Shown here: in pieces, positions 49,329 to 59,268 of the stretch
Layout of the letters: each line of letters begins with the position of its first letter
Position numbering within the stretch: position 1 is the first letter of the stretch
Assembly (NCBI RefSeq): GCF_964188315.1
Contig: NC_135657.1
Span: forward strand, 61,132,001 to 61,196,000
Source of the DNA: Podarcis muralis
Taxonomy: Eukaryota
Direction: 5' to 3'
DNA length: 64,000 bases
Program-made: the position numbers and the translations under genes
Notes under the pieces: generated by a model
The model's database searches: none
Told to the model about the DNA's origin: nothing
What the model saw: only the letters and a program-made list of their open reading frames with translations

Positions 49329-50621
49329 GGTGCGTCCTGCGTCCTCCTTCCCTCCCTCCGGAGCCGGTGCTACCTTCCCGGCTGCGGCTGCTGCTGCTGA
49401 GGACGCCGCGATCGCCCGCCCGCCCCTCGCCTGGCGCTGCTGGAGGGCTCCGCGCCGAAGCAGCTGCGAGGCTGGAAAGGGCAACTTTGCTGTGCGCCAA
49501 GAGCGCGCGCGGAGGACGGACTGGACGGGGACAGTGATCAATAGGGGCGGGCGGGCGGGGGGACGGGATCCGCGGGGAAATGCCTCTGCAGGCTCGGGAA
49601 CCTGCTGCCTACACCATCGCCCAGCAGCTCCTCTTGCTGACGCAGAGGGGGGCTGGCTGCCCGGGCGCTTCCCATTACCTTAATTAAATGGGAACAATTG
49701 GAGTGCATTGGCCGCGCTTCCTTCTTGACCCGCGTGAATCATGGATTCGCTTTGTTCCTGGAAGAAAAAGGGAGGAGGAGGAGGAGCGGGGCTGAATCAA
49801 AAGATCGAGGGGTAGGTGGAATCCCCCCTCCGCACCCTTCCAACTGCCACCCCCCCACCTCTATCTTTAAAAAGGAGGGAGGAATCCTCATTAAGTTTTG
49901 TCTCTCCTTCCAAGCGAAAACAAACAAACCAGTCCTGGCGTGCCTCGTCGAATATGTCACGCAACCCACACACAAAGCCCAAAACACAACTTCCAATTTA
50001 TAGGTTAGGCTTTTCCGTGCAGTTCACTTACGCTAATGGAATAGGCATCCATCCTTATTGAATGAATGTGGGTAGGGTCCTTTATAAGGCAGTACAAATA
50101 TTGATCCAGTCTTGCGCCTGGTCGCTTTTCTGCAATCGACAGAAAGAAACAGGTGCCTCGAAAGCAAGCAGCAAAGAGTTAACCCTTCACGGGGAGGTGT
50201 GCGCCTGTTTGGAGTCTCAGTGCTTCGGCAAATTATCAATGAATGCACCACAAAGCTTAAGGTAATTAAATAATGCGGTGGTTTCTGAATAGCGTATTAT
50301 CTCTGTTTTTTAAAAAATAACGCTTTGAAATTTCACCACAAAAGAAAACCAATTGCCAATGTATGAGCAGGGAGAAGGGAAAGTGCCCAATGGGAACTTT
50401 GGAGTTGGGAAGGATCTTAAAGGAAGCAGCCGACTGGAGATGCCCTGAGCTGCAACTACTACATAGACCACCTCTAGGATGATTCCGGCAAACCCTTCGT
50501 GGAACTCCCAGCCCAAACATCCACAAGAGCGCAGCCATAACAACTCAGCAAGCTACCTAAGCGCGTCTGGGAAATGACTCCGCCTGACACCTGCCATCAT
50601 CCAAAGGACTGCTTGAAGAAG

Positions 50622-50756
50622 NNNNNNNNNNNNNNNNNNNNNNNNNNNNNNNNNNNNNNNNNNNNNNNNNNNNNNNNNNNNNNNNNNNNNNNNNNNNNNN
50701 NNNNNNNNNNNNNNNNNNNNNNNNNNNNNNNNNNNNNNNNNNNNNNNNNNNNNNNN
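50622..50756. other. Assembly gap (135 N)
   Basis: Run of N. Confidence 1.
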
Positions 50757-51590
50757 AAAACTTATCGCGATCTCTCTACTCTCTTCCCCGCTTTCTGTTG
50801 TTTTGTTTTTGTTTTTTTGCAAAGGACTTTGAAACGGAAACAACAAGCGAGAAGATTACGCACGGATATTAAAAGATCCATTTTCCAAGCGCATGGGGTA
50901 AGACCAAGAGGTTAATTCTGAGCTACTTCTACGCGATTATTTGAACAAACAACCCCCTGCACAGATTTGTACATTTTCTAACCATGCGAATACGGTGGAC
51001 AGTCAGCGTCTAGGACTTTTTTCGGTGATGCGCTGCCCAATCCTGTCCATCTTTTCTCGCTTTGTTCCGTGGGCTTTACTTAGATAAGAAGGTGAAACTG
51101 AATATCCTCCTAAATCCAGGATCCTGTGTCTAGTTTTAGTCCCCTAGCAACTGATACTAAGGGCTCCGTTGGGTCTGCGCATGGCTAACAGCCTCAGATA
51201 GACCTGGGTTCTATTAGACGTGGGTAATCCCTTTTCCAAGTGGTCTAAGCCTTAGTCGCTAATAAAGAATTGGGCAGGAACGCCGGTCATCCCCCCAACC
51301 CACTTCGTCAGTCAGGATAGGGCCACACCTTGAGCGGGGAGAGAAGCAGCCTCCACACTGAATCCCCCTCCTCTTGCTTGTTGCATGCTAGTGGTGAGTG
51401 AATCACAAACCCTGGCCTGAGAAAAATGTGGTAGACACCCACCAGGGCAAAAATATGAAAATACAAATAATTGAATTACTGTATTGATGCATTACTACAT
51501 TTATTAATATCATTGTGCTGTTTTCTGTGAAGAACACAAGAGCAGTTCTGACTTCTAATCTGGTACAGCAGCCTGTTCTTCGCAGCTGCC

Positions 51591-51621
51591 AGATAGATAG
51601 ATAGATGATAGATAGATAGAT

Positions 51622-51656
<35 letters not shown>
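51591..51656. repeat. (GATA)n microsatellite
   Basis: Directly visible, with two GAT interruptions. Confidence 0.97.
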
Positions 51657-52134
51657 GCCTGTTGGAATCTTGTACCTATTTTGTATGCTGCCTGGATAAT
51701 TTTACTGATGGGCATCTACATAAATTTAAAATAAAGCAACTACTCTAAGCATGTTAAACAAATTGCTTTTAAATTTCAACAATTTACTATTGCATCCTTA
51801 GGACTTACAAGTCTAGCTACAGGCCTGACAGCAGAGCTGGGGACATCCTTAATGACCAGCTACAAAATTCCATTAACTCATGCCCAAAACTTAGTACAGT
51901 TTTAAAAAGCTGTGATGATAATGTTTTAAATTTATAAGGCAGAATGTTTCCTAGCAATACCACTCATCCCCTTTAAACAAATGATGCAGCAAACATATAA
52001 TAGTTTGCAGCCCCCATTGATTCAGCAAAAGATGCTAGTCACCATGAGATATCGGGGAGGAGGTTTTTCCTTTGTGACCCAGGGACCAAATACAGCCCTC
52101 CAGTCCTGCTTGGCTCTCAAGACTTTCCCTGGGC

Positions 52135-52268
52135 CAAGGATGGGGAACCGGTGGCCCTGAAGATGTTGTTGGACTCCAACTCCCATCAACTCCAGCATTA
52201 TCAATGATCAAGGATGATGGGAGTTGTAGTCTAGCAACATCTGGAGGCCTGTAGGTTCCATTTCCCAA
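52135..52268. mobile_element. Palindromic hAT-type MITE copy
   Basis: CAAGGATGGGGAACC...GATGTTGTTGGACTCCAACTCCCATCA / TGATGGGAGTTGTAGTCTAGCAACATC inverted arms. Confidence 0.75.
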
Positions 52269-55200
52269 CCATAGATTATCCTTCCTCCCCAAGTCGTATC
52301 CCTCACCAGCCTTACTCCATGTCCTCCATTATTTTATTTTCCTGACCAGAATATGTCCTTGTGAATGCCCCTTGCTTGCCCAGATGGAGACTTGTGTCCA
52401 TGTGTATAGAAAACTATTATTTTTCCATGGCTGGAATTTAGCCAACTGTACGGAGGCAAGAGTCACACCCACTACTTCTGCCTCTGGTCCCACCCATCAC
52501 TGGCCTCTGGAGAATTCTGAGCTTCTGGCTGAAAAAAGGTCCCATCGCCCCCACTCTAAGAGATAGCAACTTGGTTCAGAGTCACCTTGTGGTCTCCATG
52601 GCTAAACGGAGATTTGAATTCATTTCCCTTTCTCCAAATCCAACATTCTGTCTGCTACATCATGCCTCTCTTGACAGCATAACCTTAATGCACATTCTGA
52701 ATTTCCTCACTATGATTTCACGCTTTTGTGACCATGCTGGGGATTATGGGATGGACAAGCGTGTTAAATGTAGAACAGAATGAAGAGCACCAGCACACCA
52801 ATTCTAGATAAGATCTTGAATGAAAACAGGACTGCTGCCAGTTACCATTAAATTGCATTAAGGGACCCAGTGGAGGGGCTGATAATCTCTTTTCCTCTGA
52901 AATCTCAATTTCATGGTGATGCTGGTGGAAGAAGACCCAGGCATACGCATGGACACACACACACGCAGCAAGGAGGCCAAAAAAGGCTCTATTTCTACAC
53001 TTCTTTATAATTTAATCATTGACATTAATCACCCTTATCTGATCAATCCATTTGCAGGAAAATAAGTTTGCTGAGCTTCCAACAACAAATATAATGTAAC
53101 AGAAAGTAACATGAAACACACACACACAACAACAACAACTGAGGATTGGACACGCGCGCGTGCGCACACACACACACACGCACACAGGTTTGGCCCTGAC
53201 ATTTCCCACTAATTTTGCTTTGTGATGGATTTTGATGGTGCTGGGTTGCTTTAACAGTTTATTATTTTATGAGCCCCTGCCCCACCCCATGAAGGAAGTA
53301 AATAATGTACATTCAAATTGGGATCTGTAGCTTGCTGGTGCATGGAGTCATAAAATTTTCCAGGATATTCCATTCTTTCCTCCCTTTCCTTTGGTTTCCA
53401 TTCCCCTTCAACCCATCAGTCAGCATTCCATGGTCACTGAGCATGCTAAGTCTTCAGTGGCCTGTTTTGGGGATTTTCTACCACCAACCTTATGCAGGAG
53501 GGGTTGATTCTTTCCCCTCCACCACCACAAACCTTCAAGCCTGTTGTGGCTTTCCTCTTGTGCCTGGATGATGCCATTTTGGATACTTAAGGACCAGCAC
53601 TTGGGAGAAAACGTTTGCTATTAGCATAGAGGATGCTGTGGAATTTGGCACAGTAAATGAGACCGTTTAGGATGTTTATTCTTGTCCCCAGACAAGGACA
53701 GATACAATAAAACCTGTGCCACTTGAGATTCCTGAGCAAAAACTGGCCAAAGTTTCTGAGAGGGGAAAAATTAAGCGGCAGCGGCTGCAACACTGGCTCA
53801 CCATGTCTCACTTCCAAGCAGATCTCCAGGAAAATTAGCTACTGCTTAGGGACATATGCTGCATAAATTGAAGGAATCAAGGCACAAGGATATTGTTAGA
53901 GGGTGGTCTGAGCCCCAAGTCCTTCACACTGGGCCCCTCAGCCCCTTTAAAAAAACTTTTAATATTTCCAAGTTTTGCTTACAGGTCAGTTTCCCCTCTG
54001 GAAGTTGGCCTAAGGTGGCATCTATACATATAAATTAGCACATGTAGATTTTAAGCATGTGTGTCATAGGCCTGCTGTCAGTCTTTTAAGGACCTAGAAA
54101 TCCCCCACAGGTCATACACATGACAAATAATGTTTTGGAATGGAAGTTGCACAAGGGGGAAAGCGTGAAGGCATCACATTCCTTCAGGTTCATGTTCACA
54201 GCTATTTCCTGCCAAAACTTCACCAGATTTTCTTTCCTGTGGCAAGATTTTTTTCAGCCACATTCACACAGATCATTCAATCACATTCCACTGAGAGATT
54301 TCCTTGCTGTTATTGCATGAACCAGTCAAGAAAGAGTGGGTGGTGGTTTAGACTGAAGGACTTCAGAGCAGTTTCCTAAGGAGTGGGGTACAACAATACT
54401 ACATACATATTCCAAATTTTGCACTGAGAAAATGTGACTTTTGTATCATTCGTCCACATTTTATAGGACTGCTGGATATCACTCTCTGGGTTAACCTTTG
54501 CTTCTAAAAGCTGGCTAAGCATTACCCCCCAGCCAGTCTTCTCAAGTTTAAGAACTACAGAGATAGGGAACCTCCAGCCATCAAGATTTGGGTGGACAAT
54601 TCCCACCATGTCTGACTATTGGCTATGCTGCTTGAGGCTGATGGGAACTGGAGACCCACATCATCGGGTGGGCCAGAGGTTTCATAGACCGGGCCTAGTC
54701 TGTGCTTTGCTTTTGTTTGCACCAAGTTCTGAGCTAGTACAATCTGATAATGTTATTGCAGAATATACAGAGTCCTTTCTGTAAGGATGGCAAGATAAAC
54801 AAAATATCTATGTTCTCTATCAGCCTAACAACCGCATGACAAGCTAGCATCTGCTAGCCAGTTGGATTGAATGTTAGTCCTCCTCAGAGTATGCCTATTG
54901 AAATAAATGTACTCAAGTCATTATTTTTAATGGGTTTAGTCTGAAGAGAACCAATGTTTGATTCAGTCCATTGCCTATATACTCAGGTACAGATACCCCA
55001 GAGGAATCTACGTCAATATGGACGATAGATTTTACCCACAAAGCATTGAGTAAATGTATCTCAGTGGGCAACCAAGCACTCTGCATTTCCTAAGGGGCCT
55101 CCCAGAACTAGTTTAGCCATTATTACTAGTAATCCGCTTTGATTGCCCCCCAACCAATGAATACACACACACATTTGTGTGTGTGTGTGTTAAATAAACA

Positions 55201-57012
55201 AATAAATAATTCACTATTTGCTGAAACAGCAAAATGGCAAATGGAAACATCTCTTAAATCTTTCCTAGAGGTGATTCACTTAACATTTACATAGGCAAAA
55301 TCTAATTTGTCTCAAAGGGTCTACTCCATCTAAGTACAGACTGTGAATTAGTCTACTAATTTTAATGTGGAATTACAATAATTTAAAAGCTTACTGTGAT
55401 AAAACACTCAGAGCAGTTTCACAGGAATCTCGCATTTTCACGGCATGTGCAAAGCCATGCAAAGGGATAAGTATGAAAGAACTTTAATGTGCCCTTTAAA
55501 ATAAGGATTAAATACTAATGACATTTCTACTTAAAAGGCCACTTGTGAATATAGCTACTGGAGAACCCAAAGATACTGCTGTGAACCTTAAAAGCCACTG
55601 CTTTTAAAAATGATTATGTTTGAAAAATTAAAAGTTGGCTTTCAATTACTGCTGATGAAACATTTTTCACTGTTCTGCAGGATGTTTATATCCTTCCAGG
55701 TTTAGAAATTAGTTGTTAAAGGTTAAAAGCCAAACTACATTTATTTAATGTACATATTCAGGGCTATATATATTCAGTATTTAAAAAGGACATCTAGACT
55801 TAGAAACTTGTGACAGAAACATTAGCAAATGGCATGGCTGACAGAAGAGTTTGATTTATCCATTGGACGTAAAGATCAGGCAGCAGAACCCCTCTCTTCA
55901 AAGTGAGAAATTTGCATATAAAAGTCTGATATTTCTGGCCTCATACTTGACTATTGTCTAGTTTTAAGTCTAGCTTGTTGAGGTCCCCCCCCCCCCCCCC
56001 CGGTATCTCTCAGTCATGCACACCTAGTTTGCAAAATATTCAATTACCTCAATTTTCACTACTACATTGCTTGCATAGTGACTAGGAAGATGAGATAAAA
56101 GGAATAACTGCTAAGGCTTGCAATGATCAGTTTTATTGCAAAGGACTAGCATTTATTACCTTGAATATTACGAAAAGCTATATGCAGTCATTTTATGGTT
56201 CTCTGCAATTTCTCGGTTGATAAATTTGCAAGTGTTTGTGACACTTCAGTCTCCTGCAAGATCCTATCAATAAAAACAGAAAATGGAACTTTTGCTTTTA
56301 ATACAGTGAAGAAAGACTTGTTAAATAGTAAACAAATTCTGAAATTTGTTCCAGTTCAGGAGTTGTGAAATTTGCATGAAGCTCTTCTCAAGAGACATAT
56401 CCATTCATTGCCATGGAGGGACAAGATTAATTGGCACAGGTATGCATAAAAGGTATACACAGATCCCTATTTCAGTTGACAACAGTGGCGCCTCCTGCAT
56501 ACCCAGACACAGTATTCAGCTTGTAGGCATAGCTAAAATAGCAAAAATGAAAAAGCAACAGCTATTATGGATTTCATCTGTTCCACTGCCTCCTGGTGAG
56601 AGAATTAAAATACAGCAATCTCTGCTCTTCCCAAAATAATAGACCTCTTTATAGTAATAATAATCACCATCACAAAATACCAGATATTTCTGGGATGAAA
56701 AAATGAGCCAGGAGGCAACCCTAACATACAGCTTAGCAGTGTTCAAGCTACATCTCAAGAAAGTAGAGAATTCATTTTTGGTGGAGTTGTCCAAAGGTCC
56801 AGGATTTTCGGCAAATGGTCTTTGGGATTATATTGGCTATTACATTGCAGGTGGTCACTTTGGCGTTTTGGCCCTTGTATGTATCTCTCTGCAACAAAAG
56901 GAGCTGGTAACGTATGAAGATCGTTACTTGCAGTGTTCAGTCTCTCGACACTGACAACAACACAGGATGTCACTGTAAAGAACAGGATGGCGTGAACAGC
57001 TTCTACATCTTA

Positions 57013-57391
57013 CGCGGTGGTGCTGTGGTCTAAACCACTGAGCCTCTTGGGCTTGCCAATCAGAAGGTCGGCGGTTCGAATCCCTGCAACGGAGTGAGCT
57101 CCCATTGCTCTGTCCCAGCTCCTGCCAAACTAGCAGTTCGAAAGCACGCCAGTGCAAGTAGATAAATAGGTACAGCTGCAGTGGGAAGGTAAACGGTGTT
57201 TCCGTGCACTCTGGCTTCTGTCACGGTGTCTCATTGCACCAGAAGCGGTTTAGTCATGCTGGTCACATGATCCAGAAAGCTGTCTGTGGATAAACGCCAG
57301 CTCCCTCAGCCTGAAAGCGAGATAAGCACCGCAACCCCATAGTCACCTTAGACTGGACTTAACCGTCATGGGGTCCTTTACCTTTTTACCT
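57013..57391 (+). mobile_element. Sauria SINE, near full length
   Basis: Head, B-box and TTTACC tail present. TSD TACATCTTA at 57004-57012 and 57392-57400. Confidence 0.92.
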
Positions 57392-58944
57392 TACATCTTA
57401 TGCACCATCATAGAGCTAGCAACGGGCAAATGAAGGACGGATTTATGGACAAGTGGATGTAATTCCTTATGTACACTGGCAAGGGTTCCCCTGGGATTGC
57501 TTTGCCCAGCCACCTGAAAATATTTCTGGACTGGTCTGTGTCCACAACTGAAAGAAGGTAGTCCATCCCATAGTCAATACTGTTGTATAATGTAAGATGA
57601 TTTTAGGTATGAAGACACTGTACTCCATACGATACTTTTTTTAAAAAACCCAAAAAGTATGGTCGGCTAAAGTTTTTACAGTTTAAAATGCAATTAACAG
57701 ATTTTTTAAAAACTATATATAGCAGATGTCTGGCAGCAAAAGGATAACAGCTGTGTGTCTGACCTATAAGTGTTATTTTTAAAAGTTTTAAAAGTTATTA
57801 AAATTATTGAAAGTTTTAGTAAATACTTTTTCCTATAATATCATCCCATTTATTGATCTTCTCCCAATTATGTGGAGACTTCCTGTATCTTAGCTTTTCA
57901 CTATCTAGTACATTAATCCAAAACTAGGATTAGGACACAGTAACACAGTGCTATTCATCAGTGATCACTGATATGTAATGTGACAGATTACCATGGCCAA
58001 GACACAAACAAAATGGTTCCAGTGTTTCAATCCAGTTTGCAAACCTTTATTGCAGTGGAAGCCAAGGCCTCTCTTGGAGTGTTTGCGGTACTGTATTTGA
58101 AAGGGTGCAAAATTCCAACAGCCAAAATCAGAGTAGGCTGAATGCCTCTGGCAGAGAACCAATTCGTCTTGGATTTGTGGGTATGGATTTTTCAAAGTGA
58201 TTTGTGGAAAAGCTGCATAGAAAAAGCTACTGCTTTAACCTTGTACATGTTGTAGGAGGACGGCATACTCATTTTCATATTTTGCCAGTATTGGGATTAG
58301 CACCACAGAACATAAATATTTGTATGCATCAGGAGGTTGCCTACACATACCTGCACGGAAGACCCTCTGCATGCTTCCCTGAGAACACCTGGCTGGTGTT
58401 GGAAAGGGAGCAATAGTTATTTTATCTTTCAGGTGTTGGCAACCCTATCTCAGGCACAACTGTCTCTGAACCTCAAACCCAAATTTATTGACTCAGGAAA
58501 ATGACTGTAGCACGACCCTCATAGAACCCACAGACAAAGTGAAACAAATTATTTTCTGATTAAAGAATAGTTACTTGAAAATGACATAAGTTCAACAAAG
58601 CCGAGTTCGATAATGTAATTTACTGTACATCAACATTGTAGAATGTTATAATGCAACATCAATTGTAAAATGTATCTCTAACAAAATTAATTGAATGTTA
58701 TAGGCATCAGGTAGATGCTACATTGTTGTACAATAAATTCTAATTTGAACACCAATGATTTGCATTTCCCCCCTCAGTAGATATCAAGATACAGTTCCAA
58801 TCACCCAGTCTTTACATGAATGCTTGCAAGATACTCTACACATATCTAAGAGTTCTCTCTGTTTTTCGTCTGTCCAGCTAATTTGTTATTATTTTACTGG
58901 TCCAACAGTTTTTGTGAAAGAAGTCATATGTTAGCTGTATATCT

Positions 58945-59071
58945 CAATGGGTGGGGGAATTTATAGTCCTCCAGATGTTGCTGTACTGCAACTTGTCCCT
59001 GGTCATTGGCCATGCTGGATGGGACTTATAGGAGTTAGAATCATACAACATCTGGATATTTCTTTCCCCTG
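58945..59071. mobile_element. Palindromic hAT-type MITE copy in the PEX7 3' UTR region
   Basis: Perfect inverted arm TCCAGATGTTG (58970-58980) / CAACATCTGGA (59046-59056), plus the family core CCCTGGTCATTGGCCATGCTGG. Confidence 0.65.
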
Positions 59072-59199
59072 ATTTAAAACATCAAAGGACATATTTTAAA
59101 ATAAGGTTGTAACAATGCATTCCACGAAAGTTCTGCCTTGCCCTGAGAAAGGAGAAGCAATTTCTTCCAAATCAGCTGTCCTCCATGGAGAATCTCTTT

Positions 59200-59268
59200 C
59201 TATGATGGAATTATCAATGAAGATGGACTATAGACTTTCACTGTTTCATCCCAAGCACAATCTGCCAC
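59200..59268 (-). CDS. PEX7: PEX7 (peroxisomal PTS2 receptor) terminal coding exon; upstream exons lie beyond the window
   Basis: On the minus strand, tttgctctccatag|GTG GCA GAT TGT GCT TGG GAT GAA ACA GTG AAA GTC TAT AGT CCA TCT TCA TTG ATA ATT CCA TCA TAG = VADCAWDETVKVYSPSSLIIPS*. Human PEX7 ends [22 protein letters not shown] (recalled; same length), and the position is the expected syntenic one. Confidence 0.92.
   Translation of the reverse strand: MADCAWDETVKVYSPSSLIIPS

Larger units (their letters stand above)
48760..51330. promoter_or_regulatory. CpG island and promoter of SLC35D3 (core about 48760-49850, CpG-rich shoulder beyond)
   Basis: Abrupt rise in GC and CpG content over exon 1. 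Motifs: GC boxes at 49544-49562, TGACGCA at 49638-49644, TAATTA at 49681, and two minus-strand CCAAT boxes (ATTGG at 49697-49701 and 49707-49711). Boundaries are approximate. Confidence 0.8.

Noticed and set aside
49329-49541. ORF-track start of SLC35D3 at 49541 as the true N-terminus
   Set aside because: That codon is TTG; homology and Kozak context point to the ATG at 49328.
48840-49683. Several long ORFs overlapping SLC35D3 exon 1 (186, 203, 104 and 150 aa)
   Set aside because: Shadow frames of a GC-rich coding exon and CpG island where stops are rare; no recognisable protein.
50553-50915. ORFs spanning the N run
   Set aside because: Artefacts of the assembly gap.
49300-51400. REST/NRSE element expected for a neuronal gene
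   Set aside because: No convincing TTCAGCACCnnGGACAG match was seen.
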